DNA from: an uncultured bacterium
Lineage (GTDB): Bacteria > Hydrothermota > Tepidihabitantia > Tepidihabitantales > Tepidihabitantaceae
Direction: 5' to 3'
Assembly: GCA_964592755.1 (NCBI GenBank)
Contig: CAZQFS010000001.1
Location: forward strand, 41,731 to 91,769
DNA: 50,039 bases
This document shows, one piece after another, positions 1 to 7,113 of the stretch. The notes under the pieces are model-generated. The model was not told the DNA's origin, searched no databases, and was given only the letters and a program-made list of their open reading frames with translations. The position numbers and the translations under genes are program-made. Numbering within the stretch: the first letter of the stretch is position 1; each line of letters starts with the position of its first letter.

Positions 1-1553
1 TCCAGGGGGAGCGGCGGGTCTGGACCTATCGCGCGTTTCGGGAGCAAGTCCTGCCCGAGGCCTATCCCGAGCGTGAACACGTGCCAAAGACCCTCATCTT
101 CGCCAAGGACGACTCCCATGCCGAGGACATCGTCGGCATCGTGCGTGAGGAGTTCGGCAAAGGCGACGACTTCTGCCAGAAAATCACCTATCGCACCGGC
201 TTCATACGCGTGCCCCTCCCCGGGCATGAGTCCGAACCCAACCCGCCACATACCTGGGAGAAGGTGTCGAACGTCTCCGGTGCTGATGTTCTGCGCGTCT
301 TCCGCACGTCCTTCAACCCGCGCATAGCTGTGACCGTAGACATGATTGCCACCGGCACCGACGTGAAGGCGATAGAGGTCCTGGTCTTCATGCGCAACGT
401 CATGTCCGCCGGGTTCTTTGAGCAGATGAAAGGCCGTGGCGTCAGGGTGATGGACCCTGAGAAACTCAAGGCCGTTACCCCGGACGCCATCATCAAAGAC
501 CGCTTCATCATCGTGGACGCAGTCGGCGTCTGCGAGCGAGACAAGACTGAAACCACGCCACTGGAACGCCGGCCCAACGTCTCGCTCAGGAAGCTGCTTG
601 CCTTCGTCGCTGCCGGCGGGACCGAAGAGGACGCCCTCACATCACTTGCCGGCCGGCTGATGCGACTGGACCGGAAGCTGGTTCCAGAACACAAGGATGA
701 ACTCCGCAAGCTGGCCGACGGCAGGAGCCTGTCGGACCTTGCCGGTGCGCTCGTTCGCGCCACCGACCCGGATGAACAAGAGGCTGCCGCCCGAGCCAAC
801 GCCGGGCTTTTGCCAGACCGGCAGCCGACCGAGGAACAGGTAGCCAAGGCCACAAGCGAACTGATGCAGGCGGCGGCAAAGCCCTTTCACGACCCCAAGC
901 TAAGACAACGGCTCGTCGAACTCCACCAGGAATCCGAGCAGGTGATAGACATTGTCTCCGGTGATGAACTGCTCTCCTCGCAACTGGCCAAGGACACCGC
1001 GGAACGCGCCGGTGAGGTCGTGCGCGACTTCCGCGCGTGGATTGAGAAGAACAAGGACGAGATAGAGGCGTTGCAGGTGCTCTACTCCGGCCGGTACGCC
1101 AGCCGGCTCAAGCTCAGCGCCGTGAAAGACCTCGCCCGACAGCTCAAGAACCCTCCGCTAAGCACCAACCCTTCCGAGGTCTGGCATGCCTTTGAGCTCG
1201 TCGAGGGCCGCAAACCCGGCGGGTCCAGAGTTCGGCAGGCCGCCGACTTGATACGGCTCGTGCGCCATGCGCTGGAGCCGTCTGAACCGCTGGCGGCGTT
1301 CGCTGAGACCGTGGCAGAGAGGTACAAGGCCTGGCTTGCCGCGCAGGACATGGCAGGTGTGGAGTTCAACGACCAGCAACGGGAATGGCTGGATAAGATA
1401 GCCGAACACATCGGCAACAGCGTGACCTTCGAGGAAGAGGACTTCGACTACGGCTGGTTCGCCCAGCACGGGCGCCTCGGCAGAGCCAGCCAGCTCTTCG
1501 GCTCAAGGCTGAACGACCTGATTGCCAGCCTGAACGATGAACTGGCCGCATGA
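1..1553 (+). CDS. hsdR: Type I restriction enzyme R subunit (HsdR), C-terminal part; 5' end is outside the window
   Basis: The frame is open from nt 3 (QGERRVWTYRAF...), so the listed GTG at 81 is internal. Helicase C-lobe motifs KTLIFAKDDSHAEDIV and VDMIATGTDVKAIEVLVFMR...MKGRGVR are present. A long helical tail ends ...FGSRLNDLIASLNDELAA, as in EcoEI/COG4096-type HsdR. Same strand as hsdS and hsdM. Confidence 0.85.
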   Translation, partial: QGERRVWTYRAFREQVLPEAYPEREHVPKTLIFAKDDSHAEDIVGIVREEFGKGDDFCQKITYRTGFIRVPLPGHESEPNPPHTWEKVSNVSGADVLRVFRTSFNPRIAVTVDMIATGTDVKAIEVLVFMRNVMSAGFFEQMKGRGVRVMDPEKLKAVTPDAIIKDRFIIVDAVGVCERDKTETTPLERRPNVSLRKLLAFVAAGGTEEDALTSLAGRLMRLDRKLVPEHKDELRKLADGRSLSDLAGALVRATDPDEQEAAARANAGLLPDRQPTEEQVAKATSELMQAAAKPFHDPKLRQRLVELHQESEQVIDIVSGDELLSSQLAKDTAERAGEVVRDFRAWIEKNKDEIEALQVLYSGRYASRLKLSAVKDLARQLKNPPLSTNPSEVWHAFELVEGRKPGGSRVRQAADLIRLVRHALEPSEPLAAFAETVAERYKAWLAAQDMAGVEFNDQQREWLDKIAEHIGNSVTFEEEDFDYGWFAQHGRLGRASQLFGSRLNDLIASLNDELAA

Positions 1554-1657
1554 TTGACACGCCCGGTTCGTGCATGACCAGCAGTCAACCGGCTGCGGTT
1601 AAGAAGCGGCCACCAGATTGATGCGCTCGAGTGTATACCAATTTGTCATCACCTCGC

Positions 1658-1686
1658 TTGACTATATGCCATTTTGGCATTATCAT
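1658..1686 (+). promoter_or_regulatory. Sigma70-like promoter TTGACT-17nt-TATCAT with a 6-3-6 palindrome (ATGCCA TTT TGGCAT, 1666-1680) in the spacer
   Basis: -35 TTGACT at 1658-1663 and -10 TATCAT at 1681-1686, 17-nt spacer, in a locally AT-rich patch of a GC-rich genome. The perfect inverted repeat inside the spacer is a plausible operator for the XRE-type HTH encoded immediately downstream. ATG 1692 lies 5 nt after the -10. Confidence 0.5.
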
Positions 1687-1691
1687 GTTCC

Positions 1692-2864
1692 ATGAGAGGA
1701 CGAGATACCGTGACCGCTAAGTCCGGCATTTCCAGGGCCATAGCCGCGCGTCTGGCCCACGCCCGAACCGAGGCCGGCCTGACCCTGCGCGCCGCAGCCA
1801 AGGAGCTCGGTTTCGACAGCTACCAGACTCTCTCGAAAATCGAGAAGGGAGAACGTCCGGTTCGCGCGACCGAACTCGTGAGTATCGCCCAGCTGTACCA
1901 GCGCAGCGTCGGCTACTTCCTTGCTTCAGAGGCTCCTGTCGCCCGTCCGGCCGTGCTCTGGCGCGGCCGGGCCGACTCCCCGACCCGTCTCAAGGTCGAA
2001 CATCGGTTCCTGCAGTACTGCGAAGACTACGCCCGGCTGGAAGAGCTTGCGGGTCACTCCGCGCCGCGGTTTCCTCTGAAGTGGCCCGAACGTGTCGAAA
2101 GCTTCGGCCAAGCGGAAAGGGCAGCGCAGGCGACCTCGGCGCAGATGGGGCTCGGGCCGTGTCCTGGACCGAGTCTTTCAGATGTGCTAGAGGACAGGTT
2201 CGGCGTCAAGGTCTTGATCACCGACACCGAGGGGGCCGGTTCGGCCGCCTCGGTCATGGATTCCTTCGGCGCAGGGATACTCATCAACCGTCATGAAGCC
2301 CCGTGGCGTATGAACTTCAGCCTGGCGCACGAACTCTTCCATCTTGTTACCTGGGGTATGTTCGAGCCATCTGAGATACACTGCGGCAACGCGAAGACGG
2401 CCCCGGAGAGATTCGCCGACCGCTTCGCGGCGGTGTTGCTGCTGCCGGACACCGCGGTGCGAAGGGAATTCGAGTCAAGGGTCAAGGACAAGGCGCTCTC
2501 CTACATAGACTGCCTGGCGATGGCCCGCGAATTCGGTGTGTCAATCGACGCTATGGTCTGGCGGCTGGCGTCACTTCGGCTGGTGGACCGGAAGTCCGCC
2601 GAAGCAGCCCTCAAGTCGGATAAGTTGCGCGAGTTGAGCAAGACTGAACGACGGGAGGACTGGGCTGACGAACGGGTCCACTCGGGACGCTCGCGCCGCT
2701 TCACGGCCCTGGCAATCGAATGCCTTCTGTCCGGACACGTCTCCCGGGGCAGATTCTCCGAGTTGACGGGCATCAGTCGCGGCAGCATCGACGCCTTCCT
2801 CAAGCTATCCGGGTACGACCCCGCGGGTGACTACGTTGGCGAAATCAGCACTAGTACTGCTTGA
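1692..2864 (+). CDS. XRE-family HTH fused to ImmA/IrrE-type (COG2856) zinc metallopeptidase
   Basis: N-terminal HTH: LTLRAAAKELGFDSYQTLSKIEKGERPVRATELVSIAQLY. HExxH zinc site: SLAHELFHLVTW. This is followed by FAAVLLLPDTAV, typical of COG2856. Start is either ATG 1692 (leaderless relative to the promoter) or GTG 1710 preceded by GAGGA at 1696-1700. The listed TTG 1674 lies inside the promoter. Confidence 0.8.
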   Translation: MRGRDTVTAKSGISRAIAARLAHARTEAGLTLRAAAKELGFDSYQTLSKIEKGERPVRATELVSIAQLYQRSVGYFLASEAPVARPAVLWRGRADSPTRLKVEHRFLQYCEDYARLEELAGHSAPRFPLKWPERVESFGQAERAAQATSAQMGLGPCPGPSLSDVLEDRFGVKVLITDTEGAGSAASVMDSFGAGILINRHEAPWRMNFSLAHELFHLVTWGMFEPSEIHCGNAKTAPERFADRFAAVLLLPDTAVRREFESRVKDKALSYIDCLAMAREFGVSIDAMVWRLASLRLVDRKSAEAALKSDKLRELSKTERREDWADERVHSGRSRRFTALAIECLLSGHVSRGRFSELTGISRGSIDAFLKLSGYDPAGDYVGEISTSTA

Positions 2865-3363
2865 TGCTGATGTGGTCATTGAGGCCTTCCGGCTCGGCAT
2901 CTGGGCTCATCTTGTCACCAAGGCCGACATCTACGTAGCTGCAACCGTGGCCGAGGAGGCGATGCATTACTTCGACCCGGCGACGGGCCAGAGGCGTTAC
3001 ATTGACCTGGCTGCCGAGGTCGGCGGAAAGAGAATCACCATCCTCAACGGCGACGCGACCGAGATGGCGCGCGTGCAGGCCGCCTGCCGTCGGCACTGGG
3101 TGGACCTGGACACAGGAGAACTCGAGTCGATTGCGATTGTGGCCACAGGGTCGTATAGCTTCTGCACTGCCGACCGTGCCGCGGCCGAGGCCATGGCCCT
3201 GCTCGACATGCAGGGCCGAGCCATATCGCTCGAGGAATTCGTCCGCAGGCACGGAATCGCGTCGAGAATCAGCATGAAGCCCTACTACTCTGCAGCGACG
3301 ATGACCAGGTGGCTCAAAGAAGGCGGCATCCTGAAGGCGCAGACGTTCAGGACGAAGCGTTGA
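2827..3363 (+). CDS. PIN-like nuclease domain protein
   Basis: Acidic residues are spaced as in PIN folds: LLDADVVIEA, VAEEAMHY, DLDTGELESIAIV, FCTADRAAAEA. Overlaps the upstream ImmA-HTH gene by 38 nt (GTG 2827; TTG 2836 is an alternative), suggesting translational coupling. Confidence 0.6.
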   Translation: MTTLAKSALVLLDADVVIEAFRLGIWAHLVTKADIYVAATVAEEAMHYFDPATGQRRYIDLAAEVGGKRITILNGDATEMARVQAACRRHWVDLDTGELESIAIVATGSYSFCTADRAAAEAMALLDMQGRAISLEEFVRRHGIASRISMKPYYSAATMTRWLKEGGILKAQTFRTKR

Positions 3364-3371
3364 TAGCGCAG

Positions 3372-3443
3372 AGCGTCACGTCGCTCTTCGGCTCCGAGTT
3401 CTACGAGCTGATGGCCAGCATGCCCGAGACACTGGCCGCATGA
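3372..3443 (+). pseudogene. Relic of a second hsdR 3' end (last about 23 codons plus stop)
   Basis: Translates to SVTSLFGSEFYELMASMPETLAA*, against the resident hsdR end ASQLFGSRLNDLIASLNDELAA* (1485-1553). By hand alignment 50 of 69 nt are identical, including the shared terminal 12-mer ctggccgcatga. The relic stop overlaps the ATG of the next gene (ATGA at 3440-3443). Confidence 0.55.
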
Positions 3444-4138
3444 GCGTCACGCTGGAGTTCAAGACAGTCGCCTACGACTCGGTTGCACTCCCTTTGGGGT
3501 TCCCCGACATTCACACGTCCGACGCCATAACTGCGCAGCAGGAGGCTGCCGTGGTGCAGTGGCTACTCGGCCGCAGCCCGGCCAAGGGACTTGTCATGTC
3601 TGAACTGAAACTGAGCGAAGACGTGTCCTTCTGGCCGGCAGTGGCTGAGCCCGTAACAGACCTGCACCGAAAGCCCGGTGACGTAGACGCGCTACTGTGC
3701 GGAAGGGACAGTCCGCACACAGCGACCGCAGTTGAAGCGAAATGCGTGAAGGTCGTCGCGGTGGCCGTTGGGCAGGACCGTGTGAACCGGCTTGGCAAAC
3801 TCTCGAAAGCGGTCCAGCAGGTGAACGGCCTCCGGGACATGGGCTTCCACGAATCGTATCTTGCGGTCCTGTGTCTCGTGGACGCGCAGGAGCGGCTCGA
3901 GCCAAACACCGTGTTCCGCGAGATGTCGCCCAAAACCCTTTCGCGTGTATACGACTTTCCCTGTCGTGATGACCTGCACCGAGAGGTCGGGTTTCTGATA
4001 GTCGAGATAGCCCAGCCTACTGCCAAGGGCTTCAACCGAATGGCCAACATCAATGTATGCCGCGTCCAAGCCGCCATAGCGCAAGACCAACCTATAGAAT
4101 TGACCAACCGCATTGCGGAGTACGTCAAGTATCACTGA
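3440..4138 (+). CDS. Hypothetical protein with PD-(D/E)xK nuclease-like motif
   Basis: 232-aa ORF with an ATG start. Candidate restriction-endonuclease-fold core GDVDALLC...(11 aa)...AVEAKCVKV (D ... E-x-K). The 3' end overlaps the hsdS start by 26 nt. Confidence 0.55.
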   Translation: MSVTLEFKTVAYDSVALPLGFPDIHTSDAITAQQEAAVVQWLLGRSPAKGLVMSELKLSEDVSFWPAVAEPVTDLHRKPGDVDALLCGRDSPHTATAVEAKCVKVVAVAVGQDRVNRLGKLSKAVQQVNGLRDMGFHESYLAVLCLVDAQERLEPNTVFREMSPKTLSRVYDFPCRDDLHREVGFLIVEIAQPTAKGFNRMANINVCRVQAAIAQDQPIELTNRIAEYVKYH

Positions 4139-5654
4139 GGCCGGCGGCCGGCCACTGCCCCCCGGCTGGGCGCGGACGACTCTGGGCGAGGTCGCTACGC
4201 TGAACCCCAAGCCAAGGAGCCTGCCCGCGGATGGTGCCAGCCCGGTGACCTTTGTCCCGATGTCCGCAGTAGGCGTGGAGCACGGCGGCATTGCCCGGCC
4301 AGAGGTGAGGCGACTGGACCAAGTCCGACGAGGTTACACCCCGTGTCAGTCCGGTGATGTATTGTTCGCCAAGATAACGCCCTGCATGGAGAACGGAAAG
4401 GTGGCCGTCGTACCGGAGAGCCTAGTCGGTGGCATCGGGTTCGGCTCGACCGAGTTTGTGGTGCTACGCCCCAGAGACGGAATCGAGCCGCGCTGGCTGA
4501 GTCGGTTCCTATCGCAGACGTCCTTCCGACGCCGCGCGAGACGGGCCATGACGGGTGCGGTCGGACAGCAGCGCGTTCCGAAGGACTTCATAGCGACCGA
4601 GTCGCTTCGCATCGCGCCCTACCGGGAGCAGCAGCGTATCGCGGACAAGATTGACGAGCTATTCTCAGACCTTGATGCCGGAGTGAAGGCGCTGGGGCGG
4701 GTGAAGAAGAACCTGGAACGCTATCGGGCGTCGGTGCTCAAAGCCGCAGTCGAAGGTCGGCTCACAGCGGATTGGCGCAAGGCGCATCCCAATGTTGAAT
4801 CAGCAACCGAACTCCTGAAGCGCATCCTCAAGGAGCGTCGCAAGCGTTGGGAAGAGGCCCAACTCGCCAGGTACCAAGCCAAAGGCAGACAGCCTCCCAA
4901 AGGCTGGCAGGCGAAGTACAAGGAACCCGCCCCGCCCGACACATCCGAGCTTCCCTCGCTGCCCGAAGGCTGGTGCTGGGCGACGGTGGACATGCTTGGC
5001 GTCGTGTCCGGTGGCCTAACCAAGAACCCAAGTCGTGATTCAGCCCCCAGACGGATGCCATACCTGCGAGTGGCCAACGTCTACGCCGACCGCTTGGCAC
5101 TCGACGACGTCAAGCTGATTGGGGTCTTCGACAGAGAACTGCCGGGTGTGCTCGTTGAGTCAGGCGATCTGCTGGTAGTAGAGGGAAATGGCAGCAAAGA
5201 CCAGATTGGGAGAGTTGCCACTTGGGACGGGAGCGTAAGACCATGCGCTCACCAGAACCACATCATCAAGGTGAGGTTTCTGTTGCCCGAGTTGGGTCGG
5301 TATGTGCAGGACTGGTTGCTCTCGGTACCGGGCAGGCGGCGCGTCGAGAAAGCGGCCAGTTCCACATCGGGACTTTACACGCTGAGCATTTCCAAGGTGC
5401 AGTCGCTTCAAGTTCCTCTCCCTCCCTTGCAGGAGATACTGGCCATCCGCGACGAGGTCGAGAGAAACACGTCTCTTCTGGTTTCCGACGCCACCGTGGC
5501 TGAGACTACGCTGCGCCGCACAGGCGCCCTCCGCCAAGCCATCCTCAAACGGGCCTTTGAGGGACGACTCGTGCCCCAGGACCCGAACGACGAGCCCGCT
5601 GAGAAGCTGCTGGAGAGGATTCGGGCTGAAAGGCGAACCGCCAGTGCGAGATAA
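4113..5654 (+). CDS. hsdS: Type I restriction-modification specificity subunit (HsdS)
   Basis: Two target-recognition halves each begin with the typical LPxGW motif (LPPGWARTTLGEV; LPEGWCWATVDML). They are separated by conserved helical spacers (REQQRIADKIDELFSDLDAGVKAL...; LQEILAIRDEVERN...ILKRAFEGRLV). Only TTG 4113 is available as a start upstream of the first motif. Confidence 0.85.
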   Translation: MRSTSSITEAGGRPLPPGWARTTLGEVATLNPKPRSLPADGASPVTFVPMSAVGVEHGGIARPEVRRLDQVRRGYTPCQSGDVLFAKITPCMENGKVAVVPESLVGGIGFGSTEFVVLRPRDGIEPRWLSRFLSQTSFRRRARRAMTGAVGQQRVPKDFIATESLRIAPYREQQRIADKIDELFSDLDAGVKALGRVKKNLERYRASVLKAAVEGRLTADWRKAHPNVESATELLKRILKERRKRWEEAQLARYQAKGRQPPKGWQAKYKEPAPPDTSELPSLPEGWCWATVDMLGVVSGGLTKNPSRDSAPRRMPYLRVANVYADRLALDDVKLIGVFDRELPGVLVESGDLLVVEGNGSKDQIGRVATWDGSVRPCAHQNHIIKVRFLLPELGRYVQDWLLSVPGRRRVEKAASSTSGLYTLSISKVQSLQVPLPPLQEILAIRDEVERNTSLLVSDATVAETTLRRTGALRQAILKRAFEGRLVPQDPNDEPAEKLLERIRAERRTASAR

Positions 5655-7113
5655 CACCGTTCCCGCCGCAGAGTCAGTCATCGACGTATTCCTTTCCTAC
5701 ACCAGAGCGGACAAGGACTGGGTTCGGGGGCTGGCAGAACGGCTTGAGTCGGAGACCATTGACGGCACCAGGACGGGACGACCAATCAGAGTCTTCTTCG
5801 ATGAATGGGACATAGATGTCGGTGAGAATGTCGTGGTCCACGTCAATGCGGGGCTTGAGAAAGCTCGTTTCACGGCAGTCGTAGTATCACCGGACATGCT
5901 TGGTGCGGATTGGCCGACATACGAATGGACTGCCGTGGTCGCCAGCGACCCTGTGAACCGCGACAAACGCCTCATTCCACTGTTCCTCCGCGACGGCTCC
6001 GAGAAAGGGGGCAACCGCATCGAATTGCCTGCGCCGTTTCGGGTTCTGAACTGGATCGACTTCCGCCGCAAGCAGGACCACAAACGTTCGCTTCAGCGTC
6101 TTCTTCGTCGGATCAGAAGCCTGCCCCCGGCCCGCGGGCGCAGGCTTCCGCCGCTCGCGTATGTCACCCCTGCCGCGCCGGTGCCTTCACCAGAGCGAGA
6201 CACACCGGCTGAAGCCGACACAATACAGGAGGTCGTTCTCAGCAATCTTCTTCCTGTCGAGAGCTATCCTGGCGCAATCTGGAGTGCCCCGACGTCCGCC
6301 CGACAGCGAAGCGACGTCACATCCGAGGCCCCGGACGTGCCGGCATTCGAACTTCGAGAGCAGCGTCTGTACACGTTCACCGATTTGACCCGCCCAGAGG
6401 GTCCGTTTGCGCCGTTCGTGGATAGGGCTGCGGCACACAGCAATGCCGTCTCAAGCTGGATGGGTGATGATGCCCGCTGGCGCTGGTTTATTGCCTTGCT
6501 TAATCGGTGCCTAAGGCTGCATCTCAGGGGGCTGCCAGTCAGACAAGACGAAAAGGGGCGCTTCGTCTTCCTGTCCGACAATGGGGCTACGCGGAAGTGG
6601 TCGTGGGGTCCCGGGCGCAGACGAGAACGCGAGGTTGCCGCAAGAAAGTCCAATCCGGTCACGGGGCAGGAGTTCTGGGTACACCACGGCTCACGCTTGC
6701 GATTCCAGACACTGGGCGACAAGCTGTTCCTTCTTGTAGACCCCTGCTATGTGTTCACGTCAGATGGCATGCAGCCTCTATACAGCCGGGTTGTAGGGCC
6801 GTTGTCGGTGAAGTGGACCGGCCGAGAACGTAACGCGTCCATCTTGCGCCACGTGACGTTCTGGTCTCGGTTTCTGAGTCGCGGCCGGCGGAGGGTGCAA
6901 ATCGAGACCGGGGCAACACCGATAACCTTGTCCTGCGTCCCGGCGCTTGCTCGAACTCAGCGCGGGATAGAGTTCGACCACGTAGGGTTCCAGAACCTCA
7001 TCGACCAGGTCGACGACGAATTGGGCGCGGTTGCCGCCAGCGTCATGGCGTCTGACGCTCAAGGGACTCATGTTTTCGATAATGACGTGCCGGAGGCAGA
7101 TGAGACCACATAG
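5644..7113 (+). CDS. TIR-APAZ protein (SPARTA-type partner of short pAgo)
   Basis: N-terminal TIR: VIDVFLSYTRADKDW, RVFFDEWDIDVGE, AVVVSPDMLGADWPTYEWTAVV (candidate catalytic Glu), LIPLFLRD, LNWIDFRR. About 300 aa of APAZ-sized C-terminal region follow. Sits directly upstream of a short pAgo, as in SPARTA operons. Preferred start is GTG 5644 (GAAAGG 10 nt upstream), overlapping the hsdS stop by 11 nt. The listed TTG 5557 would overlap hsdS by 98 nt. Confidence 0.75.
   Translation: MRDNTVPAAESVIDVFLSYTRADKDWVRGLAERLESETIDGTRTGRPIRVFFDEWDIDVGENVVVHVNAGLEKARFTAVVVSPDMLGADWPTYEWTAVVASDPVNRDKRLIPLFLRDGSEKGGNRIELPAPFRVLNWIDFRRKQDHKRSLQRLLRRIRSLPPARGRRLPPLAYVTPAAPVPSPERDTPAEADTIQEVVLSNLLPVESYPGAIWSAPTSARQRSDVTSEAPDVPAFELREQRLYTFTDLTRPEGPFAPFVDRAAAHSNAVSSWMGDDARWRWFIALLNRCLRLHLRGLPVRQDEKGRFVFLSDNGATRKWSWGPGRRREREVAARKSNPVTGQEFWVHHGSRLRFQTLGDKLFLLVDPCYVFTSDGMQPLYSRVVGPLSVKWTGRERNASILRHVTFWSRFLSRGRRRVQIETGATPITLSCVPALARTQRGIEFDHVGFQNLIDQVDDELGAVAASVMASDAQGTHVFDNDVPEADETT

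Noticed and set aside
188-853. Long antisense or off-frame ORFs overlapping clear genes. Examples: 188-853(-), 9699-10310(-), 12133-13221(-), 20685-21815(-), 23216-24526(-), 25395-26717(-), 28457-29353(-), 31359-32903(-), 42501-43775(+).
   Set aside because: They lie opposite or out of frame to genes with unambiguous family motifs (hsdR, hsdM, purF, hdrA paralogues, ADP-ribosylglycohydrolase). Their Arg/Ala/Pro/Gly-rich low-complexity translations are typical of shadow ORFs in GC-rich DNA.
5557-5643. Listed TTG 5557 start for the TIR-APAZ gene.
   Set aside because: It would overlap hsdS by 98 nt and add 29 Arg/Cys/Pro-rich residues ahead of the TIR core. GTG 5644 with an upstream purine-rich patch is more parsimonious, though unproven.
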